From NCBI GenBank assembly GCA_973851085.1, contig OZ316775.1, positions 1,178,001 to 1,242,000 on the forward strand: DNA of 64,000 nt. The letters are read 5' to 3'. The notes beneath the pieces are model-generated. The model saw only the letters and a program-made list of their open reading frames with translations. It searched no databases and was not told the DNA's origin. Source of the DNA: Ptychomitrium polyphyllum (taxonomy: Eukaryota). Every line of letters begins with the position of its first letter. The first letter of the stretch is position 1. Shown here one piece after another: positions 26,001 through 40,500 of this stretch. The position numbers and the translations under genes were made by a program.

Positions 26001-27239
26001 AGAAAATTAATAACATATCTACAAAATAAAAAATAAGATTTTTAATCTTCAAATATTATTTTTAACAAATACTAAATAAAAATAACCAATAGCCAATAAC
26101 TAATTGTTAAGAACCAAAAACCAATAACCATGTTAGAAAAATAGTTGTTTATTGATGTTTGTACTTTTGAACATTTTAGTCATCAATTATGATTTTTGAA
26201 GTTGATTGATTAAATTAGTTTTTACATATATTTTATTTGATATTGAACCATGACAATCTTGTTAAAGCACAAATGAACATCTATTAATTAATTAATTACA
26301 TAAGCAAGAAAACGGTTATATTAATCAACATGCCCTATGTTAACATTTGTAACAAATTATGCTTTAAACACTATGTAAAAATGGTTTCAACTATTAAAAA
26401 TTTTAAATTTTTTTGTGCTAGTTCATGTAGAATATGGAAGAATTGGTTGTTTTCAACTTTGTTTTCTTCAAAAGTATAAACATGGCATAATGCATGACAA
26501 TTGTGTTTATGTTGTAAAATATATATAATATGGTAGTTATGACAATATTAATTTTCTTTTTTTAAAACCTTTATTGAAATAATTTATATATATATATGTT
26601 TGAGCTCAAACTACAATAGTGTAAGTGGCACATCATTCTATCCTCTGGTGGAGATGCTTTTGATAAGTGATTGGTATTCAAATACCTTCTTCTATATAGT
26701 TATTAAAGAAAATTCATCATTATAATATGTAATTCAATGAATTGGTTTATTAAATTTAGATTTGGGTTTTATGGCAATGGTTGTTGGTATGGTAGTCCTC
26801 TGATGCAAATTATGTCTAGCTTGAATTGAACATTGTAAATTCACGTTTGGTTTTTATGGGTAACTATGAGTTGCAAAGGTGGAACTGTACTTACTTGAAG
26901 TTTCCTAATGAAAGTACCTGCGGCCATATGTAACACCTCATACTTTCAGTTTTAAGTTCGTATAAACTCTTCGTAAAGACTCTTTTTCTTGCAAAAGTAA
27001 ACATCTTATGGCGGAAATATTCCTAGAACATCAACAGAACTTTCAAAGATTACCATATCCAGCTCACATGTCCATATCCGCATTATACATGCACTGATCC
27101 CCCCTTTATGCATGCACCGATCTCTGCATTATACATACACTGACACCCTCTACATACGCATGTTGACATCCGATGTACACAAGTTGATACCCGTCGTGTA
27201 CGAATATGATACTTGGGTCCTACGAGGGGACTTGGAGAA

Positions 27240-27631
27240 GTTCACGTGCACGGTAAAAGGCTCAAGAACCGTGCGCTGAAGAATCTAACGGTGATAAGTG
27301 AATAGTCTTGGCTTGCGTCACTGCATACCCCTTTTGTGCAGCTCCAGTTGATGTGGCGGAGCACGAGATTATGGATGCTGACGTGGCGCACTCGTGGATC
27401 TAGGGTTTGGCGCCCTCGCAAGGAATCTAGGAATCTAGGAATCGTGGAAGATTTGTTGCTGTCGTCACAGCCATTGTGTTCAGAGCTCCGGAAACCCTAA
27501 ACCCTGTTTCGCTCTCCATCACTATCGCTATTGCCTTCGCCATGCAACGCTCCATGGCTGTCTGAGTCCTGATCTGACCGATCCATCCGTCGCCGTACTT
27601 CTTCGATCGTTCTGCTTGTGCATCGCTCCAG
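27240..27631 (+). promoter_or_regulatory. Promoter and untranslated first exon of the importin-9 gene
   Basis: GC-rich island with CACGTG, TGACGTGGC, telo-boxes (TAGGGTTT ~27401, AAACCCTAA ~27492) and AGGAATCT x3. Donor CAG|GTAC at 27632; strong acceptor TGCAG| ending 28478. Confidence 0.55.
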
Positions 27632-28535
27632 GTACAAACCTAGGCCCAAGCAATGTTGCTCCTCTCAATGCGTTCCCTCAGGTCCTGCTTCGCTCTCACG
27701 ACGTGAATGCCTCCGGCATCCACCACCAGGTTCATGCCAGTGCATTCCACGCCCGATCTGCGCTGCTGCACATTCCATTTGATGTTTTTTAATCGTACTT
27801 TTCAGTTTCATATGAGAATGTAGGCTTATAGCCGGTTTCCATTCCCGGAGCGGTATTGTGATCCTAGAGTGGTGTGTGGTGATTGGAGCATACTAGAGGA
27901 ATTCAGTTTACAGAATAGGGAGAAAGTTCACCTAGGTATCGAAATTCATGTGCAGAAGACCTAGAATCAATCGATGCTCGTATTGTTATGTTGTGGTTTC
28001 TTGTTCGCATTTCTCGAGTGTCTTTTCACCTTTTAACTTCTAATCTTTTTTGGTAGTTTTAGGTGAGTGTTGGTTTGCGTTGGTAAGGTGGTGGTGTTCC
28101 TGGTCTAGGTTGATCGGTGGTTTTGCTGTGGTAGATTTGCGAGTTTTGTTGAAGTTCTTAGTTAGGTTAGAGCATCCTTCTGCGATGATTGTGACGGCAT
28201 TTGCTGTGAGCTTGTTTCGAACCTGCGAATCTTTTCGGTGCGATGTGAGGCTAATTAGGATGACCAGCTTAGTGACGGCAATCTTGTTTCTGTGATCGTT
28301 TGCAAATTAGGTTCAGTTTCGACTTATGTTGAAGTACTTTGTTCTCAAGGGCTGCTTCTTCTAGTGGCTGAGTGTAGAATGACAGCGAAGTCTGGTGCTC
28401 AAGATGGTCATTCACTTGGTCTATGATCATGTCTTGCGAGTTGAAGGGGCATCGATTCTTTTCTTTTTTGATGTGCAGAGTTCCTGGGCATGAGTACAAT
28501 TCTTTCCAACTCATTCTACGCTCAGGCGAGATAGG

Positions 28536-31500
28536 ATGGCGAACGGAGCAGCTGCCGTCGATAGCGGTCAAGTGTGGCTCGTCAAATGCCTGAATGCCAC
28601 GCTCGATGCGAATCCACAAATCCGCACTGCAGCCGAAGAAGCCTTGAAGCAGGCTTCTGTCCATGTAGGTTTGTCACTATTTAACCGAACACATTGGTAT
28701 TGCTCTGACACAGCACCACTACCTTGGTTCAGGAATGAGTACCAGTCTTAATCTACTATAAACAAAAGCATGTTGCTGAGTACGTCGTAAGTCTATGTCA
28801 ATTATTAATCAAACGAGTTTGCTTTTAGGATTTAACAGTTATCTGTTGGTATTTTTTATTCTTGTGCTGAGACTGATTATGTTGGTTGTGCTCAGGAGTT
28901 CGTTTAACATTGTTTCGATGTTTGCTGTGAATCTGTAAGAATTTGGCGATCAAGAGGTTGATCGCTGCACGCTGCTCTTTTTCGTATATGCACCAATTTT
29001 TTGTGGAACACGAGACAGCCTAACATCTTTTTCTGTTTATGCATTCAGGTTATGGTGTAGCCTTGACAAAGGCTACTGTGAATAAGGAGCTGCATTTTGG
29101 TCTACGGCAAATATCCTTTTAACTTGTACTGGAGATGTAAATGCTCATAGTAAGAGGGTTAGCTTGGCTTTAGATAAGGCTTTTTAAAAAAATTTGGTCT
29201 AAGTTCAATCGTCTATCAGTGAGATTGGTCAATAATATTATGTGTCTTGATTCTATGTGTCCTGATTACTTTATGATATTGGAGTTGGAATGCAGTATAT
29301 TTCTTAGAAGCAATGAAGGGGAATTGGGAATGTATGTGATTCTATTCTTCATTACGAAGACTGTGCTGGTGGTATCTTATTTGTCTGAGTTAAACGGGAG
29401 AATCCTTGACTCAAAATCACCTAGCGGCAGTATTGCTGAAGCAGTATGTGAAGCAGCACTGGCAGAAGGACGAAAAGAATTTTGTGGAACCAGAAGTATC
29501 ACCTGAAGACAAGGTTTGCAGTCATTATATCTTTGCTTTTATTGGAGTTACAAAGGCCTTCTAGTGAACACCCACTTCGGTGTACTTTCTTAATTGTGAT
29601 TGCATAAATAGTACCGATGGTGCTCGTGGTGGTTCATCTTGTCAATCGCCTGACCCTCTTACCACAGAATCGTCTAAGTATCTTCCTTGCGATTGTCTCA
29701 AATCTGCAGGTTTTTATGCCAGATGAGAAATAATATGTCCTTTTTTTGGCGACATTTCTTGAAAGTTGGAAAGTCCATAGAAAGGGTATTGATTTTAGGC
29801 TTGAAATAGAATATAAGCGCACTGTCGTATTTACTCTCGTGTTTTGAAGGATTCTATATTTTCAAATTAGGTAGAATGGAGTTTACTGTTTACGAACAGT
29901 ACCGGAAATCACCATAATTCAACCTACGTTCTGGTGCAGGCTGTTATTAAAGAACTACTTCCTGCAGCTTTGGAAGATCCGCATGGCAAGATCCGGACTG
30001 CGGTTGGTATGGCAATTGCATCGATTGCATACTGGGATTGGCCTGAAGAATGGCCTGGGTTGATGGGCTATCTCCTTAGTCTGATCAACGACAGGACGGA
30101 TGCTAACAAAGGTAGTGATTATTGCATTAGAGGCCAGTGTAAGTTCATTGTAGGGAATGCTGTTTGTATGGTATCTTTATGAGCGCAGTGATGTCTTCTT
30201 GATTGTGACTGTTCTTAAAAATAACCTAAGCGCGTTCCTGTTCTTCATCCATTTTCACTCCATACAAATCCTTTTATGGATTTGGAAACTTTGACCTGAC
30301 AATATGCAAAAGCAAACCAACATGATATTGGTTTTTGACACAGTGCATGGAGCCTTACGATGTTTAGCTCTGTTTGCTGGGGACTTGGACGATGTGCAGT
30401 TGCCGCCTTTAGTGCCAGTCCTTTTTCCGGCTCTCTTTGCAATCGTCTCTTCTGCGGAAGTAAGCTTTCCTTACCCTTGTCGTCTTGCAGGGTCATCTAC
30501 TTAATGCAAGATACAAGTTTCTGAAGATGGTACTTGCCAAGTTGCCCTCATTAGTCGCTCTTATTCTTTCCATGGTGGTCACAGATTTATTATTACCAGG
30601 GGTTGAATGTAGTCTCTTGACCACCAATCTTTGATGCGGACATCAATTTATGCAATTTCCTCTGTCATGTATAGGCTTATGATAGTTCATTACGTCGCCG
30701 AGCTCTTATCATCTTGCATTCTTGTATTTCAACTCTGGGAGTCATGACTGGTGCATACCAGCAACAAACAAGGGAGTTAATAACACCTATGCTGAAATCA
30801 TGGATGGAACAATTTGCTCTTATTTTGACACCTCCGGTGCCATCTGAAGATGCTGATGACTGGGGTCTTCGGATGGAGGTAGGTATTCTTATGGTTTAAT
30901 TGCTAAGGTGATGTGCGAGCTTACTAGATGTGTGGAATTATCTGTGTGTCTTGCAGCAATGAGACAAGCAAATGTTGTGCTTACACATACACATATTTGC
31001 CCGTTCTAACAGACAATTTCTTAGAATTCTTTGTGAAGAGTTTAAACAAGTAATTACCATGGAAACCAACATTTCCCAAGGTAAAGATTAGTCAAAACTC
31101 CTTACTCGCACTTTTGTTTGTCTTTTGCAATTTTATATTTCCTAATTCTTACACTCCGTTGCAGACTTTCAAAGTTTTGATGAGAATAGTTGAGAACTTT
31201 CCGAAACTGGCTGCAGCAGAATTTCCAGGTATTACAAGCTTCACGATCTCCTAATATGGGTCATAAAGGAAGAAAATAGATTTCGGAGTGCTATGGTTAC
31301 TTGACTTAATGTGAGATGTTAACGTACTCTCACTTTCAATTCTTACATCTTGTGAGGCTTGTGCCTGAAGTGAAACGCCTTGCTCATGATCATGAGCGGG
31401 CTTCTGTTTTGTTGTTTTGCTGCTCGTTAGTATTTTGTATCTTCTACTATATCTCAACACCAAGGTTCTTTCTTTTGCACCAATTCTCAATGAGCTATCC

Positions 31501-34500
31501 CGTAATTAATGAAGACTGTTGTATATACATCGTGACTGTTACGAAATGTCTATTCAACAATTGTCCTTGCGTTTCCTTGAGCTAAGAATGCTTGTATATA
31601 GGGGTTCTTGTTCCTCTATGGCAGACGTTTGTTTCGGGTTTAAAGGTTTACGAACGAGCCTGTGTTCAAGGGGTTGAAGAATCGTTTTCGGGCATGGCAG
31701 ACTCAGATGGCACCGACCAAAGTCTAGAATCGTTTGCTATTCAGGTTCTTATTCAAAAATATGGTACATCTGATACATTGAATACTGTCACTTGGTGATG
31801 TTGATGGGTTTTTTTGCTTTTAATGTTGTTCAGGCCTCAATATCCAGTCCATAGCACTCTTTGACTTCTCAGCCCTACGATTTTGTGATATCACTGGTGG
31901 TTTAGAAGCAATATGGTGAAAATACTTCGTTTACATCCTAATCGTGGTTTTGCTTTTGCAGCTTTCTGAGTTCTTGCTGACAGCCGTCTCCAGTCCTCGC
32001 TTCAGCAAGGTATATATATCTTTGGTCAGACTTTTGTTTGCTGCTGGTATATGTTGACCTACTATCAACTTGTTTGAGCTTAGTATTGACGTCTTTCTCG
32101 GGGTTGCAGATAGTGCGGAAAACTGTTGGTGAACTGGTCTACTACACTGTGGGTTACATGCAGATGACTGAAGAACAGGTGCTTGTTCCTTCTATGCGAT
32201 CAGAATCAGTAGTCTTTTTTTACCAACTATGTATGTGCATGCTAAGAAGTGTTCAAGTATAATTTCTCCATGAAATGAACTTGACATTTGTTTAATCTTT
32301 TGCCAGGTTCAAACCTGGTCGTCAGATCCAAATCAATATGTTGCAGATGAAGATGATGTCACTTACAGTTGTCGCGTATCAGGTTGGAACAAATTGTCAA
32401 TTTGGCTCCCTCTGATCTCTTTCTCAGTCGCATGGTTGTCTTTGTTTCTTCTGTGTTTTGTTTTATTGCAATGCTCATTCATGAAATTATATTTCTTGTC
32501 AAGTTGTTACAATGGGGTTTCACTGTACTAAAGCAAGATCTTTCATTGTTACAAATGTTTATCCTGAGAAATACAATTTTCTCTTCTGGCATTGGTCAAG
32601 TGTACTATTATTGCTTAGCAGTTAATAGTATACCTATTTGTTTTCCGTTACTGAAGTATATAATATTTTATCTTAGTTTCCTTTCAGAAAGCATCTTTGA
32701 CTTTGTGTAGGGCTTGACAGATTGCCTTGTTTTATTCGTACATTTATTATAATAGTTGAATGGCACTTGCACAAGTAAACTTTCTTTATTATCTTGTTGA
32801 ACTTTAAATGGCATCACTTAATTACGGTTCTCTTGTGGGCAGGCATTCTGCTTCTAGAGGAGCTGGTCGCAGTTTTTGAGATGGATGGTCTTCGCTTGAT
32901 AGTTGAGGCGGTACAACAACGACTAATTGAAGCTAGCCAAGCTAAAGCACAAGGTCGCACTGACTGGTGGAAGGTAAGCATATAGTGGTTCATGATTTCC
33001 TCTCAGCAATTCTCTAATGTTCTTTTCTGTTAGATGTACATTGTTATTGTCCGCTTTCTTGCTTTCCCCACGTCTTATTTTATGTTTTGAATTGACAGCT
33101 CCGAGAGGCAGCTATCCTTGCAATCGGCACTGTGGCTAATTCGCTACACGAAGTGGCCAATACAGTATATGAAGCCAAGGTACTCTATTACAACCTTGCT
33201 TGGGACTTATTATGCACAATAATCGCCAGTTTTTATTACAAATTTTCACACCATCTTGCAATGTTTAAATTTGTGTGTTAGTTAGCTGGGTTTACTGCAT
33301 GAAGAAATACTGAGTCCGGTTTCTGGTCATCTGCAGGCTGGTTCATTTACATTTAACTTTGAGCCCTTTCTTGACAGTATTTTAGCTGAGGACCTTGGAT
33401 CAGCAGGTGGGGTTTTCTATTTTGTTTTATTTCATTTTTTACAGTGTAAATATCCAATGTCTCTTGGCGAGATTGACATAGGATTGTAAGGCGGAGGACT
33501 GGTTGCTGCTGCAGTTTTGATTGGATTTGCCAAGCCACTTTAGGAAATTTTTAATTGTGTAATGCTTAGGTTCACCTAGGAGTAACCTTTGCCCTTGTAG
33601 CTCTTTTGTTTGGTTAAAGATAGAGTTTTTCTTTTCTACATTTGGATGATTTGAACATTTTAGTAAGTGTTTGGTTGTTGCCTGGTCTTTCAGGTGTTCA
33701 AGAGTGTCCTTTCCTTCATGGTCGCGCACTGTGGGCTGCTGCAAAGTTCTCTACTGCTGTGAGTTCTATGAACGATATTTTTGTTCTGAAATTACTTTGT
33801 GATTTTCTTTACATAATTAGTAGTAATTTTGAGTCAAATTTTAATGAATATAATAAATTAATTAATTTGAAGATAATGTTATGATAATTATTTACATTTG
33901 TGGCTGGAACTTCGAATGTCCACAAGCTCGGCTTTTGTTTTGAAAATTAGATTCACAATAATCGTATATTGAAACTGTTCAGAGAAACGTGCTCTAATCA
34001 ACTCTCAATGAATTATATGCTGTGCAACAAAGTGATCTTCATTATGGTATGGTTTTTTCTTAATAATCCAAACATCGAGAAGCCATAGATTAGTTATAGA
34101 CCGTTTCTTTTGTTGTTCCTTTAGATTCCCCTTCACTCGTATATGGGGGAAAGCCCATGCACATATAATGGACTGTAAGTTCACATATATACTTGTATTT
34201 ATTTGACTCTCTATGTGCATGTACTCTTACAAAGAAATCGGATATCTCTTGCAGATAGACAAAGCGAGATCAGAGAAGTTCTTCTATGCAGCTATTCTTG
34301 GTTTAGGTGATGGGATGTAAGTCCTTCATACAGGTTTCTCTTTAATCTGTTTGAGATCTTTCATTTGAATGATCTGCCTATGTTTTGTAGGCATTTCTGT
34401 TGTAGGCATTATGTGTGGTTCTTTTTGCGTCACTGTTAGAGAGTGCTTGGTGGACAAACATAGTACTTCAATGGGTGGCTCTCATAATCTTTGATCATGC

Positions 34501-37500
34501 TTCTTCGTTGGCCTTTGTTTTGACCTTAACTGTGTAGAGTAAAATATCTAGCAGCTGTTGACATTCTTCCAATATTTAAGATGTTCCTATATTTGTATTG
34601 TGATTAATTGTTCTTATGCCAGCTTCATGGTTTGGTTGAAACTTTTTTTAAGGGAATACATAAACTCTGCATTGATGATACTTCTGGGGATATGTAGGCC
34701 TGCACCTATCAAAGTCGGTGCTTGTCGTGCACTTGCTCAGTTATTTGAGCAGGTTGACGTTTCAAGTTTAAGGCCGCACCTTGGATCAGTATTTGTCGCC
34801 CTTGCAAAATTACTTCAGGAGGTGAGTCTAATTTCTTGGACAGTAGGATGTTCTATCTTAGATCATTTTGTGATTGCAATGTGTTGAGAAGTGTTTATTG
34901 TTTGTAATATTAAACGTTACAGGAGCTTGTGGGATTCAGAATGAGTTGACAGGAAGGATGCATAGAGATTCTAGTTTAAAAAAATGTCCGTATTGTCAAT
35001 GAAAGCTGGTTTGGTACAGGTTTCAGCTAGAGAGTTGGCACTCTTGAAGTTTTGGCACGAAAGTGTCTTGAATTACTTTGCAGTGCATGCTTTAAATTTA
35101 CTCGTTAACTAGGGTATGGTTATTTTGTGACACGTGATACTTTTGTACTGAAATTGGCAACTGTATTTGGCAGGCATCTGATGAGACGTTGCACCTTGTG
35201 TTAGAGACTTTGCAAGCTGCAATTAAAGCAGGTGAGATTTTCCTCTAGATTGCCTGAAGATTTTTGGACTGACTTTCTCAATATGTGGTCCTTTTTCTAA
35301 GACCGTTTATAGATACTGTACCAGTTCCTCCTCTTTGTGCCTCATTCATGCCCATATATACTGTCCTATGTTAGTATATTCGGTTTGCAGTTTGTGCACA
35401 CCTGCATTATCTCCAAGTTTTTCTTTACGGCTCCCAAAAGCAACGGAAACCTGATGTTATAAGATCTACTGTTGGGAACCGATGAAGTGGTGACAGCAAG
35501 GATCATACATGGTTACCAGTTTTTGGCTACTATATTTAATTATGTGCAGAGGCAATTCACTTGCTGTTTAATCTATTTTTTTTGATGTGTTTCACTTTTA
35601 TTTACTTACTTTTCGATCTGTTCTAATAGTGTATTTTACATTTTCGTATAAGGTTGAGGTTTCTGTTCGCTATAACATTTTCTTTTAATGGGTTGTAATG
35701 AGACAATATATGGAGTGAACCTCCGTTCTACACGCCATTCTTGTTTCTGTAAAAACTCGTGCTTTTTATGAGAAAATGAGCTGAGATCTTGTATCTGTTG
35801 ATTGCTATAGATGACCAGGCAGCGGCAGCAGCAGAGCCCGTCATATCTCCCCTCCTACTAAATATTTGGGCTCTTAATGTGTCTGATCCTTTTATGAGTA
35901 TTGATTCACTGGACACTCTAGAGGTAGAGTTCAACTCTTGCACTTTTGAACTGTTGCCTTCGCCTTTTAACGTTGCAGTGTCTGGAATTGGGTCCAAAAC
36001 TAAAGTTCAATTGGTTGAGCTATGAAAAGTTTTACACGTTTGTGTAAGACAAACTTTTTCCTCAAGAGACATGTTAATGTGTGAATCCTTGGACCTGGAT
36101 GCTTCCATTGCCAAGTTGGCAGTTTGACGTTCTAGTATAGATCCTATAGCCTATTTATATATTTACTGCATAAGTTTTTGATTATTTAGTTATTCTGGCT
36201 TTGTTCAGAATTTTTTTCATTAATTTTTGCGCTTGCACCTGCAGTCCCTGAAGAAGGTTCCAGGATGTGCTCAGCCACTTGCACTGCGTGCCTTACCTGT
36301 CTTGGCGACTTTTTTGGCCAGCGTAAGTAATTGTATCCATAGTTGAAGCAAAGTATGACTTTACTTGATTTGGGGTTGATTCCTGGTGCTTGGAATCGAT
36401 GTGTAATAATGATGAGATGTAGGATGTAATTTAGTTAGGAAACCTCATCAACTAGTGCATTTATTGCTAGCACTCATGAGTGTGAACATGTGCATAATGT
36501 TTTTGACTAATTGTTCAAATTTATTCCATAAATTTGATGAAGATGATGATCATCGGATCCCCTCTAGAGACCCCGTGAATCAACGGGGTCTAGTGAGGAG
36601 GTCCCTACTACAGCAGGTATCCCTATGGTGAATATCTGTTACAGCATTGTTCCTTGTTTTAGTATGTTTAGTAGTTGTGAATGTTTTTGATGATTACTGT
36701 GGTTTCTGTATTCCTGCCAGCCTCAGCATCAGCCACAAGGCCTTGTGAGTGGAGCTCTTGACCTTCTAGCCATGCTGCTCAAGGCAAGTACTTTTAGTCA
36801 CAGTCAATTATTTGTTGGTAGCATCTCGACAATGAAGCATCTAATATTAGGTTCTTCAGTTTGTTGGTATCTTTAGTATCTCTTGACATTCAGTCTCATT
36901 TTAAAAGTATTGGACTATTAAGAACTTTATGCTGGTAAAGGATCTGCTTATATCCTTTAATGTGGACTTCATGAAACATATAACCATTCGTGAGGTATGT
37001 CACGGCTTCAGGGGTTTTATGAGTTCAGGATGAAAACATCAAAATCGGTAGGTGGTGTGATAGGTGCATGATTAAGGAGTATATAACGAGAAACGTCCTC
37101 TGACTGAGATAATTAATCTAATAATTTTTTCTTGAGTCAAGGACCTAATTTATCACCTTTGTATTTGAGTGTGTATTCTGGCATTATGTAGCTTTAATCG
37201 TTTTGTTCATAGTTTGTCTGGTGATTATGTTTGAAAGTATTAATGCGTGATATTTACCTACACAAGCCAAACTTTAATAGCAAAGAGCTGACTTTGCATT
37301 TGACTTTGTGTTTGTTTTAATGTTGCTTGCAGAAAGCGCCCGTGGAAGTTGTGAAAGCAGCACATGACTCATCATTCAAATCTGCGGTTGCTATAGTTCT
37401 TCAGAGCTCCGACACAAGTGAGCTTCAGGTAAATGTCATCAGTCATGAGTACTTTCATCTTTCTCACATCAATGGGTCCAATTATTCAAAGACTTAGTTT

Positions 37501-40500
37501 CCAGCGTTTTGATGAAAACTGTGAGTTCATTACATTGAATTAGTTGTTTTACATGCAAATGTTGATTCTACTGCTCTTTACATCTATTTTCTGTTTGAAG
37601 GTGTTCACTTCTTTTATGCAAGCACTGACCTGTTTATATTGCTGATCTTCAGAATGGAACTGAGTGCCTGGCAGCCTTTGTTAGAGAAGGAAGAGAGGCT
37701 TTACTAGAGTGGGGTGGAGATGCAGACCAAACAATGCGCATGCTTTTAGATGCAGTTGCAAGGTACACTTCTATTAACGGAAATATACATGCCTTGATAT
37801 ACTGGTATTCTAATTGTTAAGATTAGAAGATTGTTAATCCTGAGTGGTTTCTGGTTCCATCGAATGTTTTTGCATGATTGTTTGCGTTCGTATTTGTGAT
37901 TGGCTTTTCATCATTGCTCATAACTGTTTTATCATATGCATTTATGCAATGCATCAAATTAACCGAGTTTGAGTAATATTCACGATCTCTACTTGCATTT
38001 TAGTCTTCTTTATGTGACACTTGCCTTGCTACGTGTATAGGTTGCTGAACCCAGAACAGGACAGCTCGTCTGCTTTGTTTGTTGGAAACCTTGTGACTCA
38101 GCTCATCATGCAGCTGTCTGTGCGAATGGCACCGCATATTCGGGATCTGATTGCTGCTCTCGTCGTTCGCATGCAGTCCACTACCGTTACTGTTTTTAAA
38201 ACAACACTCCTAATTGTGTTCGCAAGATTGGTAGAGTCACAGCACTGTTCTTTGGCTTTCATTCCTTGCTGCACAATATTCATTGGTATGAGAATGGTAT
38301 TGGTGAAGTAAGTGCCTGTAATTTCCTGCAGTAGCACATAAGTGCATATCTATTCTCTGATCTGTCGCGTTATTAGAGATACTTTCAATCGTTTAACCTG
38401 CTAATCACAACACGTGCAGGTGCACATGGCATCTCCGAATGTTGGGCAGCTTATAGATCTTTTGGCAACTATTCCTGTTAAAGAACACGAGAGTGCACTT
38501 TCTTATATAATGTCGGAGTGGGTAATGCATCAGGGTGAGTTTTTGAAAGTAGCTGGCAGATTCGGATCATAATTGTTTCTTCAGTGTGTTATGGTTGGAG
38601 GATGGATTTCATGTTACATACTCTTCTTTCGAAAAACCCCAGTACAGAGTATATTTAGTGCATGCGAGTCTTGGTTTTTTGTAGATTCCTTTTATCTCGA
38701 GTCTGAAGGCACTCTATACATCAGTTTATATGTCTCTTATTTCACTGCACCTCTTTTACATCAGAACTTAACAGTCTTTTACAAATTTTTAAGAGTCTGT
38801 AATAGGTAATCAGACTCGGGCATTGTGGTCTGTCATGTGTTATCTCTCAGGCGAAATACAGGGGTCATATCAAATTAAGGTTACCACCACTGCTCTGGCG
38901 TTGCTGTTGGCTTGTGGCCATCCACAGCTTTCGAAAATTTGTGTGCAAGGACATATTATTAAGGTATATCAGTTAACAAGTCGGTTGGAGTTAGCTTTAA
39001 AAGTATTGGAATTGTTTTATTATGTTTCTGCTTGTTGATGCGTGGTGATTTCTTTGCAAATATTATATCTTGGATGTGATTCAAATTTCATGCTTCCAAC
39101 AAAGTACTGAACAACGTTACTATTTCGAAGATTCATCGTTAACTGATGCTTTTCTTGGTTCCATCTAGTCGAATGCTACTGGAATAGTGACTCGCTCACG
39201 AGCCAAGGTTTCTCCTGACCAGTGGACACGTGTGCCTCTTCAGGCTAAGGTATCTTCCTTTATATTCGAGGTCTAAAATACATTTTGTGTTAATAATCTT
39301 CTTCGTATTGGTGTGAGCTACTACTGTATCAAGTTCATCTGGTTGGCTCTAGAAAGAATCACAACACTATTTGGGTCGTTTAAAACATAAAACATGTAAA
39401 TGGTTGGCTTTAGCATTTGAATAATGCCAAAGGCCAAGAGTGTTCTCAGAACCAGATATACAGCATTATCATTGTATCGGGGGTTGCTCTAGTTCAAAGT
39501 TGGATGTGTTTTCATGCCATGCCAAGATTAGTACCTATAATGCAAGGACGGACTAACTGGCGCTTTTTGATTTTATGTATATGTAGATTCTGGCTTTGCT
39601 TGCTGATTCTTTGGTGGAAGCCCAGGAACAAAGGGGAACAACGGAAATTGACAATGTAAGCGGCACAGTTGAATTGGATGTTTGCGTATCACTTGATGCG
39701 TCAATGTCAATTTTGTCATAAATAGCCTGTAGTTTTCTCTGTCAACCTTCTTTGTGTTGTAGTGAACGTTGTGAACACGTGATAGGAAGGAACACTACTG
39801 AACTGATTTACTAATACTTCAGGACGAAGAATGGGAGGATGCTGATGAAGATGAGGATGAGGATGATGAGGAAGAAGACGCAGGTGGCATGGATGTCAAG
39901 TTAAACAAAGATACTTCATCTGTATTCAAAGAGCTCTCAGGATATGAGCATTTATTGACAGAGGAGGTATATAGCTTTCTACTTAATTGAAATGATCGTG
40001 ACATAGTTAAGAAGTGATACGTACATCGTTGGGGGGATGTGTTTAGCAAGAACAGCTAGAATACTGTGCAGAGGCAGTAAATGATCTTTAATGAGATGAC
40101 TCTTTCAAATTTAAAGGTCTGTCTTGGGATGAAACCGTTGATAAACCTGCAATTGTGCTGTTATACTTCAATTTGTGTTGAATCTTTGTCTTTATTGTGA
40201 AGCTTGAGGACGGAGATTACCAAGAGGATCCATGTGCTGCTACTGACCCTCTGAATAAGGTACTATTTAATTGGAGCAGTTTTGATTTGGTTGTTGGGTT
40301 GCTTATGCTTGGCGTACATCTAACGTGACATCTTTGAAATGCGCTAATGCCTTATTGCTGCTGTTTAACCTTCCTCAAGCAGGTTGAGTGTTGGAGTATT
40401 ATTGACAGTATTGTCACAATCAATTCTTACAATATAATGTTTGTTGATTGGTAGATAAACCTTACAGTGTATGTATCTGGTTTCATTAAGCAACTCTGGG

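Noticed and set aside
25818..26345. Possible hAT-like MITE (TAAGGCAT...ATGCCCTA with AACCAATA repeats)
   Set aside because: The termini are imperfect and the candidate 8-bp TSD is out of register; too decayed to support.
34317..34540. U12-like branch sequence CCTTAAC in an importin-9 intron
   Set aside because: The donor is a standard GTAAGT and the in-frame acceptor is at 34697, so it is a normal U2 intron.
36555..36600. Resemblance to a vector polylinker (GGATCC..TCTAGAG) or T7 terminator
   Set aside because: Not an exact match and embedded seamlessly in the intron; contamination is unlikely.
39250..39262. Donor GTATCTTCC as a second U12 intron
   Set aside because: It deviates from GTATCCTT and has no U12 branch point near the acceptor at 39586.
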